A stretch of DNA of 64,000 nucleotides from Candidatus Woesearchaeota archaeon CG1_02_57_44 (lineage in GTDB: Archaea; Nanobdellota; Nanobdellia; Woesearchaeales; CG1-02-57-44). The position numbers and the translations under genes were made by a program. The DNA lies in NCBI GenBank assembly GCA_001871415.1, contig MNWW01000066.1:2091-66090 (forward strand), read 5' to 3'. How positions within the stretch are numbered: the stretch's first letter is position 1; each line of letters opens with the position of its first letter. The notes beneath the pieces are model-generated. The model made no database searches. It worked only from the letters and a program-made list of their open reading frames with translations, and was not told where the DNA came from. Positions 46,408 to 56,308 of the stretch are shown here, piece after piece.

Positions 46408-48009
46408 TCAGCAACGGCTCAGCACCACAATACGCGGATTGACTTCTTCGAGCACCTGACCGAACAGCGTATGATAACGGAATTCCTGTTGTGTGTGGAA
46501 TCCCAACGAGCCATCAAGCAGCCCCTCATACAGCTGCTTTGCCGCAGGGTCATCAAGCCGTCCGGCCAGAAACATACCCGAAAATACGCTGTCCTCTTCA
46601 GGCACGTAGACACCATATAAGTAACTGGAGAGCACAGCAAGGCACGCGTCACTGTCAGCGAGCAAGGTGACGTATGGAATGCCAGTCACCTTATGGACAA
46701 CGATGAGCTGCTCAAGGGAAACAGGCTCGTTGCCGTCGAGGAATGGATTGAATTCCTGCACCGCAGTCGCCGCCAGCACGCGCTGCGTCGGCAATGCCGC
46801 CAGGTAGGACGACGCTGCGTCCCTGCTGTCATGGCTGAAAGCGGCAACAGCCGTCACGCCATACAATATGGCGCATGCAGCCAGCAGCACCAGCAGGATA
46901 TGGCCGGCCCGCATGCGCGATACCCCCCACGCCACCAGCAATGCCGCGCTGGGCACAATGACCAGCAGCATGCGTGGCACCATGTAATGCCAGGAGCCAA
47001 AGAACGCCAGAAAGACTGCCAGCAGGAGCGCGTGCGCCGCTGGCTGCGCTTCCCACTGGCGCAGGGAGATGACGAGTGCGAGCAGGAGGAGCAGCGTGGA
47101 CGGCCACCAGAAGGACTGAACGAAGCTCTGCAGATAGAGCAGGATGACAGGATAGCTCACGACCAATCCCGCGAAGCCTTCGCTGCTGTGGCTCGAATAG
47201 AATAGGGCCTCGTCGAGGAACTGCTGCGGACGCACGAGCAGCGTCGGGTTGAGCACCAGGAACACGAGAGGGATGAGCAGCAGCCATCGCGCCCTGCAAC
47301 CATCGCTTCGCGCATGACGACGCGGAACCAAGAAGAGCAAGGGGGCAAGGATAAGGAAACCGAAGAGGTATTTCATCGATGCCGCGAACCCCACTGACGC
47401 GCAGAGCAGTGCGAAGTCGCGTTGCGCATCTGCCCGCCTGCCGGCCTGCTTGACAACACCGCTTCCCGCATGAGCCCCATTGCGCAGCACGCGCGCAAGA
47501 AAATAACAGACCATCGTAGCACCCAACAAAGCAGGCGACAGGTCTGTGACATAATGCGCGTACGTGAGTACGAAGGTATTGGTCGCGACGAGCAACGCGG
47601 CCAGCAGCGCGTAAGGTTCAGAAAGAAACTGCATGGCAGCAAGGTAGACCAGAAAGACAGCAAGGGTCGTCAGCAGCGCGGACAGGATGCGACCAAGCAG
47701 CACGATGTTGCGCAGGATGCGGGGCGGCATGTCATAGATGCCGTGGATGCTATCGACCGGTAGGTCACCCCGTAGGTACTCAATGCCAAGATAGGGCAGC
47801 TGCACTGCGGCGTACAGGAAATAGACACCCTGGCTGCGATGGAATGAGCCCATGAACACGCTCTTGTCGGCTGCCATCTTCAGGACGCCGCCGGTCAGAT
47901 GATCCGGATAGCGCAGCTGCTCAGGAAGGCCCCAGGTATTCGCGTACAGGCCAAGCAACAGCGAGAAGAGAAGCAACCAGGTGATGGCCCGGGGGCGCGA
48001 ATGTCTCAT
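46408..48009 (-). CDS. Polytopic GT-C-type glycosyltransferase (PMT/ArnT-like, 533 aa).
   Basis: About 12 predicted TM helices. The N-terminal loop YANTWGLPEQLRYPDH is typical of the dolichyl/undecaprenyl-phosphate-sugar-dependent GT-C fold. Family assignment is tentative. Confidence 0.55.
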   Translation of the reverse strand: MRHSRPRAITWLLLFSLLLGLYANTWGLPEQLRYPDHLTGGVLKMAADKSVFMGSFHRSQGVYFLYAAVQLPYLGIEYLRGDLPVDSIHGIYDMPPRILRNIVLLGRILSALLTTLAVFLVYLAAMQFLSEPYALLAALLVATNTFVLTYAHYVTDLSPALLGATMVCYFLARVLRNGAHAGSGVVKQAGRRADAQRDFALLCASVGFAASMKYLFGFLILAPLLFLVPRRHARSDGCRARWLLLIPLVFLVLNPTLLVRPQQFLDEALFYSSHSSEGFAGLVVSYPVILLYLQSFVQSFWWPSTLLLLLALVISLRQWEAQPAAHALLLAVFLAFFGSWHYMVPRMLLVIVPSAALLVAWGVSRMRAGHILLVLLAACAILYGVTAVAAFSHDSRDAASSYLAALPTQRVLAATAVQEFNPFLDGNEPVSLEQLIVVHKVTGIPYVTLLADSDACLAVLSSYLYGVYVPEEDSVFSGMFLAGRLDDPAAKQLYEGLLDGSLGFHTQQEFRYHTLFGQVLEEVNPRIVVLSRC

Positions 48010-48131
48010 GGTCTTGTGTATGAAGAGCTATAGCATCACCGGAACGTGCACCTTGCCGGTGCAAGTACCACATGATCCCATCACGCGTCGCACCGGATTC
48101 CAAGGAATGTCCAGCAGTCATAGCGTGCGGT

Positions 48132-48971
48132 TCACCGGAAGAGCTTTGTCTTGAACAGGAACAGAGGGATGATGACCCCGTCACGGATTAGCTTCACGCT
48201 GGTGATGCCCCCCTGCCTGCCGGTATAATGGATCGGGATTTCTTTAATCCTGAGCCCCCGCTTATTGGCGAGGATGGCTATCTCCGGCTCGTAGGCGAAG
48301 TGCCAGCAGCGGAAATCGACTTTCTGGATACCTTTGGTCGTCCACGCCTTGAAACCCGCATTCACATCCGTGAGGCGTTGGCCGCAGAGCACACTGGTCA
48401 GGCCTGACACGGTCCAGTTGGCCAGGCGCCTGATGCCCGTCAGCGAGCCCCTGTCGACCTTCGCGCCCGGGCGAAACCTGGTGGCGAATGTGATATCGCA
48501 CGCACCATCCATGACCGGCGCGACGAGCTCCGGCAGCTCCTCTGGCTGAAACTGACTGTCCGCGTCAACCTGGGCCTGGTATGGCCTGCTCGCCGCGTTG
48601 ACACCCTGCAGGATGGCGTAGCCTTTGCCGCGATTGATATCGTCGGTGATGAGCTTGACCTGCTTGAACTTCTTTTGCGCCTGGCGCACGACCGCTGCGG
48701 TGTTGTCCCGGGAGCCGTCATTGACCACGATGATCTCCGCCTTAGGCACGACCTTGACCACGCGCGCGATGGTCGCCGTGATGTTCTTCTCTTCGTTGTA
48801 CGCCGCGATGATAATGGAGAGCTTGCTTGAGTCGATGAATGGCCTGCCTGAAGCCTTGCTTCCTGGGACGCCCTTGACTTTTACCGGACGCCTTGACCTG
48901 GACACCGATGCCCTGCGGCCGGCTTTCGCTGCGCGCTTCTTTGCTCTTGATGAACTTTTTGCTTGCTTCAT
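48132..48971 (-). CDS. GT2-family polyprenyl-phosphate glycosyltransferase (Dpm1/ArnC-like) with a 45-aa Lys/Arg-rich N-terminal tail.
   Basis: LSIIIAAYNEEKNI...IIVVNDGSRDNT GT-A motifs. Basic tail MKQAKSSSRAKKRAAKAGRRASVSRSRRPVKVKG. Confidence 0.75.
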   Translation of the reverse strand: MKQAKSSSRAKKRAAKAGRRASVSRSRRPVKVKGVPGSKASGRPFIDSSKLSIIIAAYNEEKNITATIARVVKVVPKAEIIVVNDGSRDNTAAVVRQAQKKFKQVKLITDDINRGKGYAILQGVNAASRPYQAQVDADSQFQPEELPELVAPVMDGACDITFATRFRPGAKVDRGSLTGIRRLANWTVSGLTSVLCGQRLTDVNAGFKAWTTKGIQKVDFRCWHFAYEPEIAILANKRGLRIKEIPIHYTGRQGGITSVKLIRDGVIIPLFLFKTKLFR

Positions 48972-49089
48972 GAGACATCCTCACATTGGCCTTAGACCCT
49001 TCACCTTGCGGCCTGCATGACAACACATATATACCTGCGTAAAACGCAAAAGCCTGGTCAAGGGGGCATTTTATATATTTTACTGGAAA

Positions 49090-51639
49090 ATGGGACTGAC
49101 CGTCAAACGGGAAGACTGGTGGGGCATTCTGCTTATAGCAGTCATCGCTGTCGCTTTTGCCATCCCCTTGTTCGGCAATGCGCATAACTGGTCTGAACAA
49201 CTGGACTGGGATACCGCGGTCATGGCCCACGCGTCCACTGCGCGCAACATCGGCGAGTATGGACAATTGCCCTTCTGGGACGCGTACAGCTGCGGCGGCA
49301 ATGTCCTGTACGCGCACCCCAACTATGATCATATCTCACCATTCGTCGTCTTGGATCTGCTATTTGGAGAAGTCGTCGGCATCAAGCTCAAGATACTGCT
49401 CTTCTTTGTCCTGGGCAGCATCGGCGCGTATCTGCTCGCCAGACACTTTGGGGCAGAAGTCATCCCGAGCATGCTCGCGGCGGCGATTTTCACGCTCAAT
49501 GGCAAATACGCGCAATCCTTCATGATAGGCCAGGTGCTCTGGACCCCCCTGATGTATGTGCCTTGGCTGTTTCTTTGCTTTGTCAAGAGCGACAAGCAGC
49601 CGAAACTCTCACTCGTGGCCGCGGTCCTGATGGCGCTGCTCGTGTTTGAAGCAGTCCCGTATATCTTCCCCATGACCATTGTGCTGCTCCTCTGCTTCGC
49701 AGGATCTACCTGGTTGCTGCGCAAGGACAAGCGCTACCTGAAGCCAGCGCTGCTCATCATCCTCCTCGGCGTCGCCCTTTCCGCTGTGCGCGTGCTGCCC
49801 ATGTATGACGTGTTCAAGGACAATTCCCGCCAGCTCGGCCTGGATCCCAATGACCACAACAGTCTGTACGAAATGGTCAATGTCTTCACCAACAACGCCC
49901 ACACACAGCCCGATTGGGACCCCTACTGGCGACTGGTGGACGGCAAGCCAAGCTGGTACGAATACAGCTTCTTCATCGGCTGGCCCGCGTTCATACTGCT
50001 GCTGCTGGCGCTGCTCCTCTACCTTCGTTCTCCACTGGGCGCGACAGCGGTCGTCTTCCTTGGCATCATGTTCGGAACAACGCTTCCTGTCTGGCCGTTG
50101 CTGCACCTGTTCCCCCTCTTCTCCAGCCAGCACAATATCATCAGATATGGCATGGTCTTCATGCTCCTCGCTGGCGTTCTCGTCGCGCGCCTGCTGAGCG
50201 CGCTGGGACGCAAAGGCCTGAAATTAGGCGACGCCTACATCACCAAAGAGCAGATGCGCGCCGTGATAGCAGGATTGGCGATCGCCATCATCATCGCGCT
50301 TATCCTGGCCAACAGAGTACCGCTCACCATGGCCTACACCGCAGCGCCGCGGCCCGCTGACGTGAACTCGACCAGCGATTATTTTGTCGTCGGCAATCTA
50401 CATGGCTTTCCCTGGAACTTCAACATGTACCGCTACTTTGTGGTCGGCAAGTCCATGAAGGAATGCAATATTCAACCCATATTTCCTGTCGCGCGCGATG
50501 AGCAGGACCGCATCCTCGCGCCCGAAGACGCATTCAAGGTGCAGCCCCGGTACTTTGTGGTCGAATATGAACGCATCAAGGCCAACGCGAACCATCGACA
50601 GGCGTTCTTCTTCCACAGCGGCGAATTGTCCACGCCCTGGCTCATCGGCGATGAGCTCAACGCGCTGCTGACAGAACCATGGTATCATGCGACGGTAGAT
50701 GATGCAAGTCGCGGGATTGGAGCTGATGCGCAAGACGCGGTTTCAGGTGCTGCCATCCGCCTCGGCGAGCAGGCGACTATTCAGCTCGTGTTCAGCGACG
50801 CGCAAAACCAGTACCCTCATGTCTGGGTCTTCAACCAGCCAGCCAAGCCGGTGTTTCCTAGCAGGACACTCAAGAGCGTTGCGCTCTCCGACGCGCTGAA
50901 TACGGAGTACATCCGCAACAGCAGCGTACCCGCGATAAAGACAACAGTCCTGGCAGGCAAGACCCTCGCACAGCAGGATATGCAACTCGTGATCATGGGC
51001 CAGCTCGTGCTGGTAACAGACCTGCCGACGGTCGCTGACGGGCAGAATGTCACGGTCACGTTCGCTGAGAGCGACGAGGACATCGCACGGCTTGCCAATC
51101 CCGATTATCATGGTGAGGCCTATCTGCTCGGTGAGAAGCACCTACCCGGAGGACAGCTATCGTCCTTCGCGTCAATAGCATCGTGGAGCCCACAGCGCGT
51201 CGTGGTCGACGCTACGGTCGCGAATGCATCCGGTGACGTGCTGCTGCTCAATACGAACTACGCCCGTGGCTGGAAGGCTATGGTCGATGACGCCGCAGCG
51301 CAGCCAGCGCTCAACCACAGGGGACTCATCGGCGTGAAACTCTCCGGAGGGGATCATACAGTCACTTTCACCTATCTGCCGCCCTTGATTGTGCCTGGAC
51401 TGATCATCAGTCTGCTGGCATTGGTTGCGGTGATGGTGGTGTGTCTAAGGGGAATCAGGAGAAAACGTGACCATGCCGAAACAAGGGAAATGGCACAGAC
51501 AGCGCAAGATGCAAAAGAACATGCGCATCATTCCACGCGCCTTTCAGCTTCAATCGTCCCTGCGGCATCTGCAGAGGAAAATGAAGCAGAACATCCTTCA
51601 GGCAACTCCGACGCGACAGAGACCGTTGACGCTGGATGA
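49090..51639 (+). CDS. Large (849 aa) polytopic membrane protein, YfhO/GT-C-like, with a large extracytoplasmic C-terminal domain and a final TM helix. Putative glycan polymerase/transferase.
   Basis: Many N-terminal TM helices, a roughly 350-aa soluble domain, then a C-terminal TM (LIVPGLIISLLALVAVMVVCL). TATA (TTTATATATTTTA, 49062-49076) about 20 nt upstream. Confidence 0.6.
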   Translation: MGLTVKREDWWGILLIAVIAVAFAIPLFGNAHNWSEQLDWDTAVMAHASTARNIGEYGQLPFWDAYSCGGNVLYAHPNYDHISPFVVLDLLFGEVVGIKLKILLFFVLGSIGAYLLARHFGAEVIPSMLAAAIFTLNGKYAQSFMIGQVLWTPLMYVPWLFLCFVKSDKQPKLSLVAAVLMALLVFEAVPYIFPMTIVLLLCFAGSTWLLRKDKRYLKPALLIILLGVALSAVRVLPMYDVFKDNSRQLGLDPNDHNSLYEMVNVFTNNAHTQPDWDPYWRLVDGKPSWYEYSFFIGWPAFILLLLALLLYLRSPLGATAVVFLGIMFGTTLPVWPLLHLFPLFSSQHNIIRYGMVFMLLAGVLVARLLSALGRKGLKLGDAYITKEQMRAVIAGLAIAIIIALILANRVPLTMAYTAAPRPADVNSTSDYFVVGNLHGFPWNFNMYRYFVVGKSMKECNIQPIFPVARDEQDRILAPEDAFKVQPRYFVVEYERIKANANHRQAFFFHSGELSTPWLIGDELNALLTEPWYHATVDDASRGIGADAQDAVSGAAIRLGEQATIQLVFSDAQNQYPHVWVFNQPAKPVFPSRTLKSVALSDALNTEYIRNSSVPAIKTTVLAGKTLAQQDMQLVIMGQLVLVTDLPTVADGQNVTVTFAESDEDIARLANPDYHGEAYLLGEKHLPGGQLSSFASIASWSPQRVVVDATVANASGDVLLLNTNYARGWKAMVDDAAAQPALNHRGLIGVKLSGGDHTVTFTYLPPLIVPGLIISLLALVAVMVVCLRGIRRKRDHAETREMAQTAQDAKEHAHHSTRLSASIVPAASAEENEAEHPSGNSDATETVDAG

Positions 51640-51672
51640 ACGACTGCGCAATCTACAAGGTCTTAATGTCTC

Positions 51673-52644
51673 CTATTTCACGAGGTGGCCCAATTCCTTT
51701 GGCAGCCTTCTGCACGCGATGATATTCGCATCCTTCGCGCCCTCTGGACGCGAGAGCAGATGCGATGGCGACGCCCGCACCAAGGAAGCTCCCTGAATCT
51801 CATAGAGACGCATACCCTGCTGCTCAAGGCGCATAAGGACGGACGCTGGGTCTGTTCCACACGCGCGTAACAGCTTTGGAGAGAATTCCATGAGCAGGAC
51901 CAGGTCATTATTGCGCTTGCATGTCTCCCTCATGCCCTGCAGTGCCAGCCCCTCGGCCCCCTGGATGTCCATCTTGATAAAATCAACGCGACCAGAAGCA
52001 TGCGCTGATGCTTGTTGCCTCTGTGCGCTTGCTGTCGCACGTGACTTAGCCCATACCTTGTGGCGCGGCGTGTTGCGCTTAATCTCCTCGTCAATGGCCA
52101 CTTTCTGGACATCCACGGTCTTTCGAGAGTCGTTGCGCGCGAAGATGCTGTGGTCACCTGTGTGCTCCTCGCAGAGGTGCAGCGCGATAGTGCCGTCAGT
52201 ATCAGCCACTGCTTTTTGCTCGACCACCACATTGCCGGCATGGTTTGCCTTCACAGCCATGCCCAGCAGCAGCGCATTCTCCGGCGCGGGCTCATACGCG
52301 TGCACCCTGCCGTCTTCACCTACCAGCTCAGCGAGCAGGAAGGTGTAGATACCCATGTTGGCGCCGATGTCAAGACAGACCATGCCTGGTTTGACCATCG
52401 CCCTGACCATATCAAGCTCATGACGCTCAAAGAGCGAGAAACGGTGCAGCAGCACGGCCATCAGACGGTCGATGCTCTGGACATAAAACACCTGCCCCTG
52501 CGCCCACATGACCCTAGGATTCTTCAGTCTGGTCCATCGGGAGAGCACGCGTGAGAGCGCGCGAAAGGGAGCGGTGTCGATGATACGAAACAACAGCCAG
52601 GAGAACAGCGCGAGGATGGCGCGAATGATACCGCGAAGACACAT
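51673..52644 (-). CDS. FkbM-family methyltransferase with an N-terminal membrane anchor.
   Basis: MVCLDIGANMGIYTFLLAEL...VHAYEP...TDGTIALHL matches FkbM_fam. Start taken at Met74 of the ORF to avoid overlap with the divergent HD gene. Confidence 0.6.
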   Translation of the reverse strand: MCLRGIIRAILALFSWLLFRIIDTAPFRALSRVLSRWTRLKNPRVMWAQGQVFYVQSIDRLMAVLLHRFSLFERHELDMVRAMVKPGMVCLDIGANMGIYTFLLAELVGEDGRVHAYEPAPENALLLGMAVKANHAGNVVVEQKAVADTDGTIALHLCEEHTGDHSIFARNDSRKTVDVQKVAIDEEIKRNTPRHKVWAKSRATASAQRQQASAHASGRVDFIKMDIQGAEGLALQGMRETCKRNNDLVLLMEFSPKLLRACGTDPASVLMRLEQQGMRLYEIQGASLVRASPSHLLSRPEGAKDANIIACRRLPKELGHLVK

Positions 52645-52802
52645 GCACCCTGTGGACAACGGGGGGTTTTTATTGATTGCGGACCTGATGCCTGGAAAAC
52701 ATGGAGCTGCAGCAGCAAACAGTCGCCCACCCGCCATGCCAGCACAAGCCACTGCCCACGCATGCCCAAGACTTAAATATCGCACTCCGGTCCCTTGGCA
52801 GC

Positions 52803-53819
52803 ATGCGCATCGCAGACAGGGTATATGGAAGCATGGAAATCGACGAGCCGGTCCTCCTGGCACTCATGGATTCAGAGCCTATGCAGCGGCTCAAAGGCAT
52901 CAACCAGGCCGGCGCGAGCAAGTACATCATGGACAAGCCCGTCACACGCTTCGAGCACAGCATCGGAGTGATGCTCCTGCTGCGCCGCTTTAGCGCGAGC
53001 ATGCCAGAGCAGATTGCCGGCCTGCTGCATGATGTCCCGCACACCGCGTTCAGCCATGTCATTGATTTCGTGTTCCGCAACGAGACCCATGAGTTCCACG
53101 AGCGGTTCCATGAGAAAATCATCACCGAGTCTGAGATACCCCTTATCCTCAAGGATCACGGATTTGACCCACAAGAGATCCTTCATGGAAAATTTTCTCT
53201 GCTGGAGCAAGGATTGCCGGACCTTTGCGCTGACCGGCTCGATTACACCATGCGCGACATGGCAGCGAATCTTGGCTGGGAACAGAAGGCCAAAGCGCAT
53301 CTTGCTGGCCTGCACGTCGTTGATAGAAGCTTCTGGTGCACGACACAGGACGCCGCGAAAGCACTGGCGCTGGATTATCTGGAAGTGGACAAGCGCATCT
53401 GGAGTGACCCCCGGGAGATAGCGGCCTTCCAGGTGCTCGCTGACGCCATCAAGGCCGCCATGGACGCGAAAGAACTGAGCATGAATGATTTGTGGCTGAC
53501 GGATGACGAGCTCATGGCAAAGCTTCGCGCGTCCAAGGTTCCTGAAGTCCAGTGCCTCATTGGCCTGCTTACCCCCTCGTTTGGCATAACTATTCTTCCG
53601 GCGCTGCCTATTGCAGGCGCAGACAAGCCTTCCTCAACCTACGCCATCCCAACGCGCGTGATGCACACCAAAAGCAAAGTCCGCTGGATAGACCCACGAT
53701 TTGGCGCAGGAAAAAAGCTCAGCGAGGTCGATGAGGCATTCTCCAAGCTCGTCCAGGGGCACCGTGAACAGGCAGAAGATGGGTATTTTATACAAATTAC
53801 TACAAATAGAATCCCATAA
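52803..53819 (+). CDS. HD-domain metal-dependent phosphohydrolase.
   Basis: FEHSIGV...LLHDVPHTAFSH...DRLDY HD motifs. Start taken at Met35 (MRIADRVYG). Confidence 0.7.
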   Translation: MRIADRVYGSMEIDEPVLLALMDSEPMQRLKGINQAGASKYIMDKPVTRFEHSIGVMLLLRRFSASMPEQIAGLLHDVPHTAFSHVIDFVFRNETHEFHERFHEKIITESEIPLILKDHGFDPQEILHGKFSLLEQGLPDLCADRLDYTMRDMAANLGWEQKAKAHLAGLHVVDRSFWCTTQDAAKALALDYLEVDKRIWSDPREIAAFQVLADAIKAAMDAKELSMNDLWLTDDELMAKLRASKVPEVQCLIGLLTPSFGITILPALPIAGADKPSSTYAIPTRVMHTKSKVRWIDPRFGAGKKLSEVDEAFSKLVQGHREQAEDGYFIQITTNRIP

Positions 53820-54188
53820 GTCCGGAAAGAATTTTTACACACATCCACGAATATAAGCAAGCATGGTCATTTTTCGGAGGATTTTCGGAGCAATATGCAC
53901 GAATACTTACTACTTTATGAAGGATTATCGTAATAACATATACCCGCATATAACAATGCATTAAAATCATGTCAGTATTCCCTTCATAGTGGGGGCAAAA
54001 ATTCCGGCACCAGGACAGGCTTTGCGAAAAATACTGCGCAACTGCCATTAAAGAGCGACGCATACCGGATGTTTTATGGGAATTACCCACAATGTGAAAA
54101 CCGAAGGTGAAACAATGGATGGAACTATCAGCGCGATAACTAGCGCAACGCAAACGGCTTCAACCATCCAGACGACCACCCGAGGTGC
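53820..54188. promoter_or_regulatory. AT-rich (about 370 nt) non-coding region upstream of lrp. It contains repeated motifs: CACGAATA twice and TTTTCGGAG in tandem.
   Basis: Local GC is far below the roughly 60% window average. Repeats sit at about 53850/53905 and 53875-53896. Only a 29-aa ORF is present. Confidence 0.4.
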
Positions 54189-54668
54189 TTGCCCGTGCGC
54201 GTAAACAGGAAGGATTTGCTCATCATCAGCAACCTGCGCACCAACGCCCGCGAAAGTCTCACCAACCTCTCCAAGAAAGTGGACATGCCGATCTCCACTA
54301 TCTTCGATCGCCTGCGCATGCATGAGGGAACGCTCATCAAGCGACACACTTCGCTTATCGACTTCAACCAGTTGGGCTATTTCGCCCGCGCGCACATCGT
54401 CCTGAAGGTCAGGAAGGACGATCGAGACATAGCGCGCGAGCACCTGAACAAGTCGCTCTGCGTCAACAGCGTCTACAAGATAAACAACAACTATGACTTC
54501 CTGGTCGAGGGAATCTTTCGCAATGTCAAGGAGCTCGAGGATTTCGTAGAGGACCTGGAAGAGCGCTTCACCACGCAGGACATCCAGGTCTACTACATCA
54601 TCGAGGATATCAAGCAAGAAGGGTTCATGGCGGATCCGAGGATGCTCGACCTGATCATGCAGGAGTGA
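54189..54668 (+). CDS. lrp: Lrp/AsnC-family transcriptional regulator (HTH + RAM domain).
   Basis: N-terminal HTH (LLIISNLRTNARESLTNLSKKVDMPISTIFDRL) and a C-terminal RAM-like domain. TTG/GTG start. Confidence 0.75.
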   Translation: MPVRVNRKDLLIISNLRTNARESLTNLSKKVDMPISTIFDRLRMHEGTLIKRHTSLIDFNQLGYFARAHIVLKVRKDDRDIAREHLNKSLCVNSVYKINNNYDFLVEGIFRNVKELEDFVEDLEERFTTQDIQVYYIIEDIKQEGFMADPRMLDLIMQE

Positions 54669-54800
54669 GCGAGACTAGTACACCTGAGAAGCGAAGAGCG
54701 TCTGGTATAGCGCAGGAACAGCGTCGCAGAGTATACGTACCCGCACATCCTTGCGGCCAGAGGCGGCAATGGCATCAGCCGCGCCAGCTCCCCCCATCAG

Positions 54801-54917
54801 GACCAGCCTCTAGGACCAGTCCAATCCCGATTTCCTGCCCAGCTCCTCGTACCGGTCACGGTATTCCGGCCTCGTCAATCGCCACTTGACGTCGTCGATG
54901 AACTGGCGCAGCGTGCG
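54801..54917 (-). CDS. Possible small ORF (38 aa, MGRRTLRQFIDDVKWRLTRPEYRDRYEELGRKSGLDWS).
   Basis: Below the track threshold. High GC3 (about 75%). TATA-like ACTATATC about 20 nt upstream. Confidence 0.2.
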
Positions 54918-55337
54918 TCGTCCCATCTAGATCCCCCATGCGGATATAGTGTCGCCCGTAGTATATCGATGTTGAGATAGGTCGCACTAGGGAATGCATA
55001 TACATTCAACCTCACTGCAGGCAATGAATCACATACGCCCGTTCTGCAAGAATCCATGCACCCAGAACCACGAATCCATGGAGCGCCATGACCGGACCGA
55101 CACATCAATGATCGTCGCTGCCGGGCGGCTCATTGTAGGAGTGCTTCTCGCCGCTCTCGCGCTGCTTGTCCTTGTATTCCGGCTCTGATGTGAAGTAGCG
55201 CAGCCAGTTAATGAACCTTCGCGGAAGCGACACTGACTTTTTCTCACCTGATTTCGCCATGATAATGCTGGTTGCAAGCCAAGCATAAGTACTTTTGCCC
55301 CGACAAGCATATAAAGTCAGGAATCGCCCGTACGGGC

Positions 55338-56273
55338 ATGCGCGCTCTCGCTTTCGCCTCAGACCACCTGGACGGCATCACGGCGGCAGCCATGTGCACA
55401 AGGCTCATGCGCTTTCGCAACATCCAGACAAAAGTCGAGCTCTTCAACCTGGGCACCCTGGACCTCTCCGCGCTCTCGTGCAAGGATCACGCGATTTTCA
55501 TCCTGGACCTGCCACCCAGGCACGTACCTGGCCTTGAGGCCCTTTTGCGCAAGATGGCCCGGACCAACAGCCTCATGTATTGGAACAGCCACCATGCCCA
55601 GAGCCAGGAACATATCGATATGGTCACCAAGCAGTTTAAGACAGCGGATCTGGCCACAGACGACGTTGACAAGTGCAGCGCGGAACTCTTCTTCGAGCGT
55701 TTCCTGCGCCAGGACAAGGTGGCTCGCGACCTTGCGGCGATAGCCCATGACATCGAGTTCTGGGAACGCAATGACGCGCTCAGCGGCAAGCTCGCTGATC
55801 TCATCCAAGCTGGGCAGGGAAAGCATCTCATAGAGCCGCTCTCTCGAGGCGTCACCTGGTCAGAGAGCCAGGAAGACCAATGGAAAGCATATCTTGAGAA
55901 GAAAGAAAAAGAGCTCGCGGCCATTGTCAAGCGCGCGCAGGAAAAACCCATCAGCACCACGACCATCGCGTTCAGCCACGCGAGTTGCCTGGTGTCGTCG
56001 GCGGACGCCGGCGATCGCCTGCTTGCGGGCAGCAAGGCGGATGTGACCTGCATCGTGTTCTCAGACGGCAGGATTTTTTTCAGGAGACGTGAAGGATGTG
56101 AACTTGACCTTCGCCCGCTCGCGGAGATGTTCTCCGGCGGCGGGCAGGTGTTCGCGTCAGGTGGCGTCTTGCCATTGGGCAAGGGCATTCCCAAGCAAGT
56201 CAAGAACGATACGTGGAAGGATATCCAGTTCTATGTGGAGCGGCAGCTGGCGGATCATTTCGATAAGGCGTGA
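55338..56273 (+). CDS. Hypothetical protein, weakly DHH-phosphoesterase-like (degenerate motifs).
   Basis: SDHLDGITAAAM resembles DHH motif I (HxxxDGD), but the DHH triad is not conserved. Start could be 55272. Confidence 0.45.
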   Translation: MRALAFASDHLDGITAAAMCTRLMRFRNIQTKVELFNLGTLDLSALSCKDHAIFILDLPPRHVPGLEALLRKMARTNSLMYWNSHHAQSQEHIDMVTKQFKTADLATDDVDKCSAELFFERFLRQDKVARDLAAIAHDIEFWERNDALSGKLADLIQAGQGKHLIEPLSRGVTWSESQEDQWKAYLEKKEKELAAIVKRAQEKPISTTTIAFSHASCLVSSADAGDRLLAGSKADVTCIVFSDGRIFFRRREGCELDLRPLAEMFSGGGQVFASGGVLPLGKGIPKQVKNDTWKDIQFYVERQLADHFDKA

Positions 56274-56308
56274 ATGAATCCTGCAGAATCTTGCCCTTAC
56301 ATCAGATC

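Noticed and set aside
55029-55483. Minus-strand ORFs 55029..55310 and 55244..55483.
   Set aside because: They overlap the 5' end of the plus-strand 333-aa gene, and their composition looks non-coding.
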